This document shows positions 16,518 through 24,742 of a DNA stretch of 64,000 nucleotides, one piece after another; the first letter of the stretch is position 1, and the number at the start of each line of letters is the position of its first letter. The position numbers and the translations under genes were made by a program. The DNA comes from a virus (Duplodnaviria; Caudoviricetes): positions 32,001 to 96,000 of the IMG/VR virus record IMGVR_UViG_3300037722_000745; one strand, given 5' to 3'. The notes beneath the pieces were generated by a model. That model saw only the letters and a list, made by a program, of their open reading frames with translations, did no database searches and was not told the origin of the DNA.

Positions 16518-17819
16518 ATGTGGGACTACATCGTCGAAGCTCTTCAACCTCAGCTGAAAAACGAATTCTTTTCGGGTGGCGCCCTTTTGGTGGTGCTCAC
16601 AGCTACCCTGGCCGCTTTACGGAACGTGCCGCGTCGCCTGTGGGCCCTGCTCCAACGTCGATTCGTCACTACGGTCGATATCTCTGATCATGACCCTGCT
16701 TTCTTCTGGGTCCAAAAATGGCTCGGAGATCAGCCTTACACGAAGACCAAAGCCCGCTTGCTAACCGCATCCACTCGAACGGGTCCGGTCAAGGGCGACA
16801 TTGTCTCAAGTCCTTCCGTCGTCGAGCAGTCTGAGCGCAAGCGGCAACTCACCGAGATCGTGTTCAGCCCAGCGCCTGGGGCCCACCTCATCCGTTTCAA
16901 AGGACACTTCATCCTGTTGACCCGTATCCGCCGGGAAGGCGAGAACATTACTGGCGAGGTTGCCTACCATGAGTCGATCGAGTTTCGAGCCCTGTCTCGA
17001 AAGGTCATTCGGGATCTGATCTACGAAGCTCGTGAATACGCCTTTCCGCCTGAGGATGATCGGATTGCGATCATGAAGCCTAACTACCACGGCTGGAGGA
17101 TCTCCCAGCGGCGTCCTCCAAGACCCTTCGACTCAGTGATCCTCTCCGGCGGACAACTCGCGGAGATCAAGGATGACCTCATCTGGTTTTTCGGTGCCAA
17201 GGAGTGGTATTTCGACCACGGGATCCCCTACCAACGGGGCTTCCTCTTCCACAGTCCACCAGGCAACGGCAAAACGTCGGTGGTCGTCGCACTCGCCAGC
17301 CATTTCGATCGAGACATCTACATCATCTCGCTCACAGCGGTTACCGACAACCAGCTTACGAACATCATGGCAGAGCTACCCGAACATTCTATCGTCCTCA
17401 TTGAAGACGTGGATTGCGTCTATCAAGAGCGCAAGAGAGTCGAGGGGCATGAGCAACTAACGTTCGCTGGCTTCCTTAACTCAATTGACGGAGTCAGCGC
17501 TCCCACAGGTCGAGTGCTTGTGATGACCACCAATCACCCCGAACTCCTTGACTCGGCGTTGATTCGACCCGGTCGTATTGATCGGAAATTCGAATTCCGC
17601 AACGCTGATGGGGACATGGCTCAACGGCTGTTCGAACGGTTCTTCCCCCAACACAAAAAACTCGCCACGGAGTTCGGAAAAATCGTGGCTAGCGCCCCAC
17701 GCGAGCTTCCCATGGCCGATTTGCAGGAGCACCTGATCGCGCACCGAAAAGACCCAGAGGCGGCTGTGACCGCTCTGCGTCCAAGTGTGCCCATTGTGGA
17801 TCTGAGACAGTCGGTGTAG
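16518..17819 (+). CDS. BCS1-like AAA ATPase (N-terminal TM + BCS1_N + AAA)
   Basis: TM segment FFSGGALLVVL; RRPPRPFDSVIL; Walker A HSPPGNGKTS; Walker B LIEDVD; LTFAGFLNSIDGV; MTTNHPELLDSALIRPGRID; start moved from 16431 to ATG 16518. Confidence 0.85.
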   Translation: MWDYIVEALQPQLKNEFFSGGALLVVLTATLAALRNVPRRLWALLQRRFVTTVDISDHDPAFFWVQKWLGDQPYTKTKARLLTASTRTGPVKGDIVSSPSVVEQSERKRQLTEIVFSPAPGAHLIRFKGHFILLTRIRREGENITGEVAYHESIEFRALSRKVIRDLIYEAREYAFPPEDDRIAIMKPNYHGWRISQRRPPRPFDSVILSGGQLAEIKDDLIWFFGAKEWYFDHGIPYQRGFLFHSPPGNGKTSVVVALASHFDRDIYIISLTAVTDNQLTNIMAELPEHSIVLIEDVDCVYQERKRVEGHEQLTFAGFLNSIDGVSAPTGRVLVMTTNHPELLDSALIRPGRIDRKFEFRNADGDMAQRLFERFFPQHKKLATEFGKIVASAPRELPMADLQEHLIAHRKDPEAAVTALRPSVPIVDLRQSV

Positions 17820-17925
17820 TGTCGCGCTGTTTTTTGATTTGTCGGACATCCGCGATTCGACGCTGTAACCCTGCGGGCAGCAACCGGAAGCCCACCTCCC
17901 TTGAGTGGGACATAGGAGGAACGAA

Positions 17926-18963
17926 ATGACGAATCAATTGCTGGTCCGGTTGGCCCGCGCTTACCAAACTACAAACACGCCTATCCGCCTATCTTCAGAC
18001 GTCTACACGAATGAGTACCTCGACTGCCGGCAAGCCCTAAGCGACCCTCGGACCCTCCAACTTGCCTGTAGGGCCCTCCTGGAGGCGCTGAGAGACGAGG
18101 GTGTAGACATCGAAGCCCTTGGGGGCATGACGATGGGGGCCGACCCCCTGGCGGTCGGAGCTGCCCTTCTCGACCTCGAACGAGAGGCCCCCAACACTTG
18201 TTGTTGGTTCAGCGTGCGGAAGCTTCCCAAGGAACACGGGACGGGACGCAAGATCGAAGGGTTTGTTCGTCCTGGCTCTCGAGTTGCGGTTCTTGACGAC
18301 GTGATCACCACCGGAAGCTCCTTGACGAGTTCGATTCTCAACTGCCGTGACGCCGGCATGGAGGTTGTCCTAGCTCTGGGGCTTGTCAACCGCGGGGCGC
18401 TCGCTGAGGTCGCCGGGGTCAAAGTCGTGTCGATCCTGGACTTCTCCGACGTGGCGTTCGTGGGGCAGGCTCGCGAATTTGCCTTCAAGGCCCATGATGG
18501 ACAAATGTACGGATCGACTCCGTACAGCGAGCACCTGGAAGAGACGGTCCAGGTGCTCGTGACTACGCTGCCTGATTGCCCGCCCGAATTGCTCGCCGCC
18601 GCTTACCTACACGACGTGTTAGAAGACACCTTCTTGACGACAGACGATCTGCATGAAGCCACCTCGGGGCGTGTCGTCGGCCTTGTGGACGCCTGTACGG
18701 ATGGAAAGGGCCAGAACCGCCGAGAACGAAAAGAGAGGCCCTTCGAGCTGATTCCGAAACGGCCTGACTCCATCCTGGTGAAGCTCGCCGATCGCATCGC
18801 CAATGCCGAACGCTGCCGGGCCACCGGAGACAGTCGACTTAACATGTACCGAAAGGAGCATTCGGTATTCATCGCCCGACTCAACCATGCCCCAACCTCT
18901 CCTGGATTGAGTCCCAAGCCCCTGTGGGAGCGGTTGACAAATGCTCTGTCCAACTCAGGATAG
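17926..18963 (+). CDS. orotate phosphoribosyltransferase (PyrE-like) fused to a RelA/SpoT-type HD hydrolase domain
   Basis: PRTase motifs RK..KEHG and VAVLDDVITTGSS; HD-domain motifs FA.KAH.GQ.Y..PY..H, AYLHDVLED, VKLADRIAN; AGGAGG RBS before ATG 17926. Confidence 0.85.
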   Translation: MTNQLLVRLARAYQTTNTPIRLSSDVYTNEYLDCRQALSDPRTLQLACRALLEALRDEGVDIEALGGMTMGADPLAVGAALLDLEREAPNTCCWFSVRKLPKEHGTGRKIEGFVRPGSRVAVLDDVITTGSSLTSSILNCRDAGMEVVLALGLVNRGALAEVAGVKVVSILDFSDVAFVGQAREFAFKAHDGQMYGSTPYSEHLEETVQVLVTTLPDCPPELLAAAYLHDVLEDTFLTTDDLHEATSGRVVGLVDACTDGKGQNRRERKERPFELIPKRPDSILVKLADRIANAERCRATGDSRLNMYRKEHSVFIARLNHAPTSPGLSPKPLWERLTNALSNSG

Positions 18964-19193
18964 CGAAGCCTAAGCAGGCACTGAGTCCCGCTGCGGCGGG
19001 GCCTCGCTATGGTCGCCGCTGATCGTTCGCGAACGGTCGGACTGTGCGTATGACCTCGGACCTTCCCGACAGATCGCGGAGGCGCGCAAGGCGCCGGTAC
19101 CGAGAAAAGACAGGGCCCGCCTAGCCTCTTTCAACGCAGTTTCAAAGTCCTTCTTTACCTTGGAACCACCTCTCGACTATCCCAAACGGAAGC

Positions 19194-20303
19194 TCACCGG
19201 GCGTCGTTTAGGATCTCGACGAATTCAGGCGCCAGGTCCATCCCAAGCACGTAGTGGGCAAACGCCTCCGCGAAGTTCTCCCGCACATTCGTGGCTCCGT
19301 ACGGTGTGACTGCGAGAGGCTCGCGGATGACCTTGTCCGTCATCACGTCGGCGTCCTTCGAGCCCTTGGCCGTGGCATGAAGCTTCGACTCGTCGATCTT
19401 GCCCGCCAAGTAGTCCGCCATATCGCGCTTGATGTTGAGCGGCCCGTCCACGCTTCTCAACCACGTCTCTAGCTCGGGCGACATCTTCGGCAACGGATGA
19501 CCTAAAGCTCGGGTCTTTGCGAGATCAACCACCTCGTCTGCCACCTGATCGCGTAGCTTCGCATCGAAGTGGATGACCTCGTGCTCGCGCTTCGTCGATA
19601 GGCCCCAGAATTTGTTTCGAAGCTGAGATTCCAGGAATTTGTAGTCGAAGCGGTGCCCTAACTCGTGGATGAGGGTGTAGATGTCGTCGAATCGCTTACG
19701 AGCGTTCACACTTAAGTGGACCGTATCATCCGTGTGGACGTAGTGTGCGGCTGTCTTTCGAGACAAGCTCGTCGCCAGAAACACACGCCCATAGAGCACC
19801 TTCGGGAACTTCAGTCGGATCTTAGCCGCAGCGCTGTCCAGGGCGCTGAGCGAAGTATCCAACTGCTTTTTGGTGATGCCAGGCACGGGGATCACCAAAA
19901 ACGGCCCGTGCTGAATCTCGCGTTCCTTGTCCCCCGCGGCGGTAGCCAGTTCTAGAGTTCGGATCGCACGGCCCCAATCCTTCGCCTCACGCAGGGCCAT
20001 GTCCGACAGGATCTGGTTGGAGAGATCTTGGTGCTCGTAGTTCATCTTGAACACACGGATCGCCTTGCGTAAGGAGTTCAGAGAATTGCGCTTGGTCTTA
20101 CCAAGGGCCCAGAACCAGTCCGGGGGCGTGTTCCCGTCGGGTACGATCAACTCTACGACCCTCTCGCCAAACTCAATGAGGGGTTTGGGATCGCTCTTGG
20201 TCTCCAGCGCTTTTAGGGCTCGATCGTACTCGGGCTTGAGCTTGACGCCTGTGCGTGCCCAAAGATATCGCCCAACAACGTGAGCAGAGCGAGTCCGGAG
20301 CAT
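19194..20303 (-). CDS. HExxH zinc metallopeptidase, lethal-factor/PPEP-like
   Basis: LIHELGHRF plus distal TPYGATNVRENFAEAFAHY. Confidence 0.7.
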   Translation of the reverse strand: MLRTRSAHVVGRYLWARTGVKLKPEYDRALKALETKSDPKPLIEFGERVVELIVPDGNTPPDWFWALGKTKRNSLNSLRKAIRVFKMNYEHQDLSNQILSDMALREAKDWGRAIRTLELATAAGDKEREIQHGPFLVIPVPGITKKQLDTSLSALDSAAAKIRLKFPKVLYGRVFLATSLSRKTAAHYVHTDDTVHLSVNARKRFDDIYTLIHELGHRFDYKFLESQLRNKFWGLSTKREHEVIHFDAKLRDQVADEVVDLAKTRALGHPLPKMSPELETWLRSVDGPLNIKRDMADYLAGKIDESKLHATAKGSKDADVMTDKVIREPLAVTPYGATNVRENFAEAFAHYVLGMDLAPEFVEILNDAR

Positions 20304-20310
20304 TCTCCCG

Positions 20311-21462
20311 TTACCCCTTCATTTGTGCTGCTGCGGCTTCCAGCACCGCTACGGCGTCCTTTGGAAGGTCCTCAAACTTCTCCGTCATCCAAGTCAGGAT
20401 GACCTTGCCCCTCCGAAGCCGAGTTAGGTTCTTCTTCGCTCCGTAGCTATAGTCTCCGAAAATTGCCCTCGGAAGCACCTTTCCGCCCAATCGGGCCCCA
20501 AGATACTTCTGCGTATCCCGCTCACTCAAGTAGTACTGCCTGCCGTTCAGGATCAAGGCGACCTTGTAGTAGTCACCGTGGTATGCGCCATCCCAGAAGT
20601 TGTGACGAGCCTTTGGCTCCGGGTAGTACCCAGGCTTCTCGTTGAACGTCCGCTCCTGGTTGATCTCCACAACCTGTTTCCTACCGGCTACCGCGGGGGA
20701 GTCGCCCGTGACCTCACCGCTGTTGACAAGCCAGTGCTTAATCGAGGTCGGGGCTCCCGTCGGAAGTCTGGTCCCGAGTCTCCAACCCTTGGCGTCGAGC
20801 ACCTTCGAATTGAATCGCCCCGGGAACTTCATCTCCTTAAGCGCCTTGATGACGTTGCGGTATAGCCAGGAGGGATTTGTGCCCTCGTCCTTACTGATCG
20901 TGTGCTCAACTGAACGAAGCGTCCAAACGTCCTCGTTATAGCTACCGCCGATAAAGTGGTCGTGCCGTTGGTGATGGTGCGCTGCTACAAAGACGTGCTG
21001 CCGCTCAGTGCGACCGTATGCCACGAAGTAACGATCACTCAAGCTAGATTCGTCGCCCATCCAGCCCTTACCCCGCTGGTACGGCGTGACGAACTTCCAC
21101 TCCACACCGCCCGGGATCCCTGCCTTGGCTTCAGCTTGCTCGAAAGTGACTTCCTTCTTCGGAGGCGGTGTCCACTGGGTCGTATAGCCTGGATCCTTCG
21201 TAGTCGTACTGGGGCTCGTACTAGGCCCTGAAGGCCGTCGATCGTACGTGGGACGAGCCTTCCCTGTCAGGATGTCGTAGGCCAGGCCGACCGCCTTGAA
21301 GTCCTCTTCCTTCCCCCCTCGGTCAGGATGCATCTGGAGAGCCTTCGCTCGGTAGGCACTCTTGATGTCTCCAGGGCTTGGCGTACTCGTGGGAGGAAAG
21401 CCAAGCACACTCTTGGCCTCTTCCAGAGACATCGCCATCTTTAGGAATTTATGACGATCCAT
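20311..21462 (-). CDS. DnaJ-domain protein
   Basis: N-terminal J domain: EAKSVLG...IKSAYRAKALQMHPDRGG...FKAVGLAYDIL with intact HPD. Confidence 0.85.
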   Translation of the reverse strand: MDRHKFLKMAMSLEEAKSVLGFPPTSTPSPGDIKSAYRAKALQMHPDRGGKEEDFKAVGLAYDILTGKARPTYDRRPSGPSTSPSTTTKDPGYTTQWTPPPKKEVTFEQAEAKAGIPGGVEWKFVTPYQRGKGWMGDESSLSDRYFVAYGRTERQHVFVAAHHHQRHDHFIGGSYNEDVWTLRSVEHTISKDEGTNPSWLYRNVIKALKEMKFPGRFNSKVLDAKGWRLGTRLPTGAPTSIKHWLVNSGEVTGDSPAVAGRKQVVEINQERTFNEKPGYYPEPKARHNFWDGAYHGDYYKVALILNGRQYYLSERDTQKYLGARLGGKVLPRAIFGDYSYGAKKNLTRLRRGKVILTWMTEKFEDLPKDAVAVLEAAAAQMKG

Positions 21463-21507
21463 TTCACTCTAGGGCAGGACACAAGTTGTTCCGTACACGC
21501 CGGGCGC

Positions 21508-21927
21508 TCAGTAGAGCACTGGCTTTCGCCGATTGATAATCTGCACACTCTCGCTTTTGACCCCAAGCTCAGACCTGACTAGAGCGAGCGGAACTTCCGG
21601 ATCATAGTCCCCACAAGAAAATACGTCCATGCTGAAGAATTCTTGCAGAGGCCAACAGTGGATGGCGATGTGGCTTTTGTTGATTACGCAAAGCCCAGTA
21701 ATCCCACCCTCATCTTCAAAAACACCCGTCTCCTGAGAACGCCTAAGCGTGTCTATATCGATGGGGACTTCGATGAAATCCGGACCAATCAAGATCGTCA
21801 TGTTCAGCGCTTCCACAATTCCATGGAAGAGCGCCCTGAGACGATCCGTCCCGAACACTTTGGGGTCGTGCACGAAGGCGTCAATCGTGACATGAACCCC
21901 AGCGCTTTCAATAATTCGACCTCTCAT
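21508..21927 (-). CDS. AdoMet-decarboxylase-family paralogue (divergent)
   Basis: GGITGLCVINKSHIAIHCWP..FFSMDVFSC; start set at ATG 21927 (ATGA overlap with the upstream speD). Confidence 0.75.
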   Translation of the reverse strand: MRGRIIESAGVHVTIDAFVHDPKVFGTDRLRALFHGIVEALNMTILIGPDFIEVPIDIDTLRRSQETGVFEDEGGITGLCVINKSHIAIHCWPLQEFFSMDVFSCGDYDPEVPLALVRSELGVKSESVQIINRRKPVLY

Positions 21928-22376
21928 CCTAGAACTCGCTCCACAACCCGAGAAGCTGCTGGACGGAGAGAGCTGGCTGGCGTTGCAAGATCTCGAGTGT
22001 GCTTCCTGATCCCCATGCAAGGGCCGCCCTCTAACCCACGCCCGCGTTCAACGTAGACCAGTTCAGAGACTGTAGCTTGGAGGCCCGATCGCAGAACGTG
22101 GTGGGCTTGATGCGGGTCCCCTTCCCCGCACGTGTAGAAATCAACCGCAGCGTACCCGTGTTCAGGCCAGGTGTGGATCGATAGATGTGACTCCTCGATC
22201 ACCACAACACCGCTCACTCCTTGTGGATCGAACGGCTGGAACTTCGAGAACACGATGTTGGTCCTAGCCGCCACCGCAGCCTGCTTCATCAGCGCTTGTA
22301 TTTGAAGCACATTGTTGAGGGCCTCGAACGGACACCCCATGTACTCAATGAGCAGATGCTTACCGTGAGTGTCCAC
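21924..22376 (-). CDS. speD: S-adenosylmethionine decarboxylase proenzyme
   Basis: HGKHLLIE; GVSGVVVIEESHLSIHTWPEHGYAAVDFYTCG with the canonical ES cleavage site; GTG start at 22376 with a GGGAG RBS. Confidence 0.9.
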   Translation of the reverse strand: MDTHGKHLLIEYMGCPFEALNNVLQIQALMKQAAVAARTNIVFSKFQPFDPQGVSGVVVIEESHLSIHTWPEHGYAAVDFYTCGEGDPHQAHHVLRSGLQATVSELVYVERGRGLEGGPCMGIRKHTRDLATPASSLRPAASRVVERVLG

Positions 22377-22441
22377 GTCGAGTCTCCCGGGCAACCCAAC
22401 TGCCGCCCCCTAGCCGAGCTGATAAATCGTTCTGCGAGGGC

Positions 22442-22819
22442 CTAGGTTCGGTCGTAGACCTCGACCGGGGGTTTAGGGTCCGGGAGGCCCAGAGCCACCC
22501 GCTCGGCCGCTGAAAGCTTTTTGAGGGCCCGCTCGCGGACTTCCTCGGTCTTCGCATCGACATGCTCGTCTAGCTTAGCGGGCTCCCCATCGAGAATGTA
22601 CGCGTAGACGGTGTTGCTGCCCGGACGAGTCTGATGGACGATAGCTTTCGCGCTAACAACTTTCCCCGAGTCCCCAGGCCCCCTACCGCCTAGATTCTGG
22701 GCCACTAACTGAGCTTTCCCCTCGGTCGAACAGGCCCCCACGCGCTCCACAAGCTGACCATCCATGTTGGTCGAGTAAACCAACCATACCGTCTTCACGT
22801 TCAGAGAAGCTGTCTCCAT
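22442..22819 (-). CDS. hypothetical protein
   Basis: 125 aa, AGGAG RBS and upstream GGTGTA. Confidence 0.65.
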   Translation of the reverse strand: METASLNVKTVWLVYSTNMDGQLVERVGACSTEGKAQLVAQNLGGRGPGDSGKVVSAKAIVHQTRPGSNTVYAYILDGEPAKLDEHVDAKTEEVRERALKKLSAAERVALGLPDPKPPVEVYDRT

Positions 22820-22837
22820 GACTCCTAGTTACACCAA

Positions 22838-23473
22838 CTAGAACGCGAAGAAGACCGAAACAAGCGGGTTGTGACGCCAATCCCCCCAGGTCAGGGCGTA
22901 GCCCGCATAGAGGCCAAAGTTGGTCGTCAGATCGACTCCCAGGCCCGCTCCAATCGAACGAAAGCCAACGTAGGCGTTGACGTTCGCCCAGTCAATGAAG
23001 AAAGGCTCCACCAAGAATCCGCCGTCCAAGGTATCTTGCAACTCATCCGTGTCGTCTTGAAATGCCTCGGCGATCAAGAAGCCGAAGGTTGCCTTGATCC
23101 GCAATCGGAAGCCCCACGTCCGCTCGACCTCCTGGGCTACCTGAAGCTTCACCTGAGACTCGGCTTCGATTTTGTAGTGGCACCACTCTAGATGGACCTT
23201 GAAGGGGTGCTTACCGGTGCCTGAGCCGTATACACGGCCTTCCTTATCGACGATGACCGTAACCGAGTCTGCAGTGGCCTTAGGCGTGTTCTCATCCAGA
23301 CACTTACGCTCTTGCAGAAGCTGGACGAACGTCTCCATGTCCGCATCCGGGACGCACGTGTGGCCCTCCGGACACGGAGGTTCGGGGTTCTCTACCGGTG
23401 GAGGGGGCGGTTCCTGTCCCCATGTCATCTGGACAGGAACTAGCAGGAGTAGAAGTAGAGTTGGGATCGTCAT
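22838..23473 (-). CDS. secreted, probable outer-membrane beta-strand protein
   Basis: Hydrophobic signal LLLLLLVP..TWG; C-terminal amphipathic strands ending in Phe (PLVSVFFAF). Confidence 0.55.
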   Translation of the reverse strand: MTIPTLLLLLLVPVQMTWGQEPPPPPVENPEPPCPEGHTCVPDADMETFVQLLQERKCLDENTPKATADSVTVIVDKEGRVYGSGTGKHPFKVHLEWCHYKIEAESQVKLQVAQEVERTWGFRLRIKATFGFLIAEAFQDDTDELQDTLDGGFLVEPFFIDWANVNAYVGFRSIGAGLGVDLTTNFGLYAGYALTWGDWRHNPLVSVFFAF

Positions 23474-24045
23474 CCGCCGTATTTCGCAAGCAGATCGTCT
23501 ACGGATTTGGCTGGCACCTTCGACTCGCTCTTCACAGTGATCACGAACTTCTCAGGCTTCACCACGACTACTTTGTCGACATCCCGAGCCTTGACCCCAA
23601 CCGGCAATTGGATCTCGACAGGCTTGGGTTCATCAGGAGGCTGAAACACCACTGTATCGGGATTTGAAAAAACGCCTGGGTCCTTGATGGGCACAACAAC
23701 CGCCTGCGTCATACCCTTAGAATCCGGCTTTCCCTGAGGGATGAGTTTCCCCTTGGCGTCAACCCGATCCTCAGGCACGCTGTTCGCCACATCGATAGCT
23801 TTCTTCTCCGGGTTCTTCTTGCCGAACAGCTTACCCAACACCCCGCCGACCTGGACGTTTTTGACCCCGATGGCAACTAGAACGATGGCCACGACAACAA
23901 CGACAAGAGCCGCACCCGGTCCAAGGAGCCAGCGAAGTGCCGCCTTCCCGATCCAAACGAGCTTCTCCCACAGGCTTCTCCACAAGCTGCCCTCAGGCTG
24001 TGAAGGCAGCTGCGGTTCAACTGGGGGTGTTGGAATTGGCTTCAT
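23470..24045 (-). CDS. single-TM membrane protein (i-spanin candidate)
   Basis: TM segment ALVVVVVAIVLVAIGV followed by a Lys/Pro-rich soluble domain. Confidence 0.5.
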   Translation of the reverse strand: MKPIPTPPVEPQLPSQPEGSLWRSLWEKLVWIGKAALRWLLGPGAALVVVVVAIVLVAIGVKNVQVGGVLGKLFGKKNPEKKAIDVANSVPEDRVDAKGKLIPQGKPDSKGMTQAVVVPIKDPGVFSNPDTVVFQPPDEPKPVEIQLPVGVKARDVDKVVVVKPEKFVITVKSESKVPAKSVDDLLAKYGG

Positions 24046-24446
24046 TAACCGGTTGACTCTTCTGAAGGCGTGCCCATGGGCTTACTTAGATCGACCCCAC
24101 GCTTCTTGAGCATCTTGTAGACCATAGCCGAACAGCCACCGATAACGATGCCGTTGAAGATACGACCTCCCAACTCCGCGGGGCCAGACTCACCATGCAG
24201 GTAGCTGACGTTCATCAACGCGATCAGCATCCCTACGGTAGGCGGCAAGACATAGAGAATGACCTGGTTCCAGTACCGCCCGAAGGTAGTCGCATAGGTC
24301 ACCTCTGGGTCATTCTCATCGGCCTTCTTTTTGACTGACGGGATGGCCGTCTCAACGATCTTCCGAACTGTAAACGTGAGTATGATGACAGCAACACCGT
24401 AGACCAGACTACCGATATGCCACAACTGATTTAATGCGTTGTCCAT
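24045..24446 (-). CDS. holin-like three-TM protein
   Basis: Three hydrophobic helices and a basic C-terminal KMLKKRG; located at the end of the structural operon. Confidence 0.5.
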   Translation of the reverse strand: MDNALNQLWHIGSLVYGVAVIILTFTVRKIVETAIPSVKKKADENDPEVTYATTFGRYWNQVILYVLPPTVGMLIALMNVSYLHGESGPAELGGRIFNGIVIGGCSAMVYKMLKKRGVDLSKPMGTPSEESTG

Positions 24447-24461
24447 AGCTGCCTCCTAGCA

Positions 24462-24740
24462 CTAGTTATTCACACGTTCTTTGTCATCACTTACCCCCCT
24501 ACGAACACACCTCTCAAGTCTCTGAGTCAGCGCAGAACGATCCGAAACCTCATCTACCTTGTGTAATGTCCCCGCTTCCCACCGTTCGATCTTGCTGAGC
24601 TGCTGCCGAAGTTGCGTTGCCTGTGAGGAGACCAACCCAGGAGTCGCAAGAGTCGCTTTGATCCTCGCCCTAGCCGTTCTGGCACCTTCACGGCGTTGGC
24701 TGACGGAGAGATCAAGGTAGCTTCGTTGAATCAAGGGCAT
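24462..24740 (-). CDS. hypothetical protein
   Basis: 92-aa ORF coupled to the upstream structural gene. Confidence 0.55.
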   Translation of the reverse strand: MPLIQRSYLDLSVSQRREGARTARARIKATLATPGLVSSQATQLRQQLSKIERWEAGTLHKVDEVSDRSALTQRLERCVRRGVSDDKERVNN

Positions 24741-24742
24741 GG

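Noticed and set aside
18964-19193. Convergent intergenic region with a protein-like open stretch (KVKKDFETALKEARRAL) and a TTTGAAAC resembling a repeat handle
   Set aside because: No start codon in frame and no hairpin-plus-handle matching the CRISPR repeat, so neither a gene nor a solitary repeat can be supported.
22598-22611. 12-nt match to array-1 spacer 4
   Set aside because: Short exact matches of this length are expected given 18 unique spacers and 128 kb of both strands.
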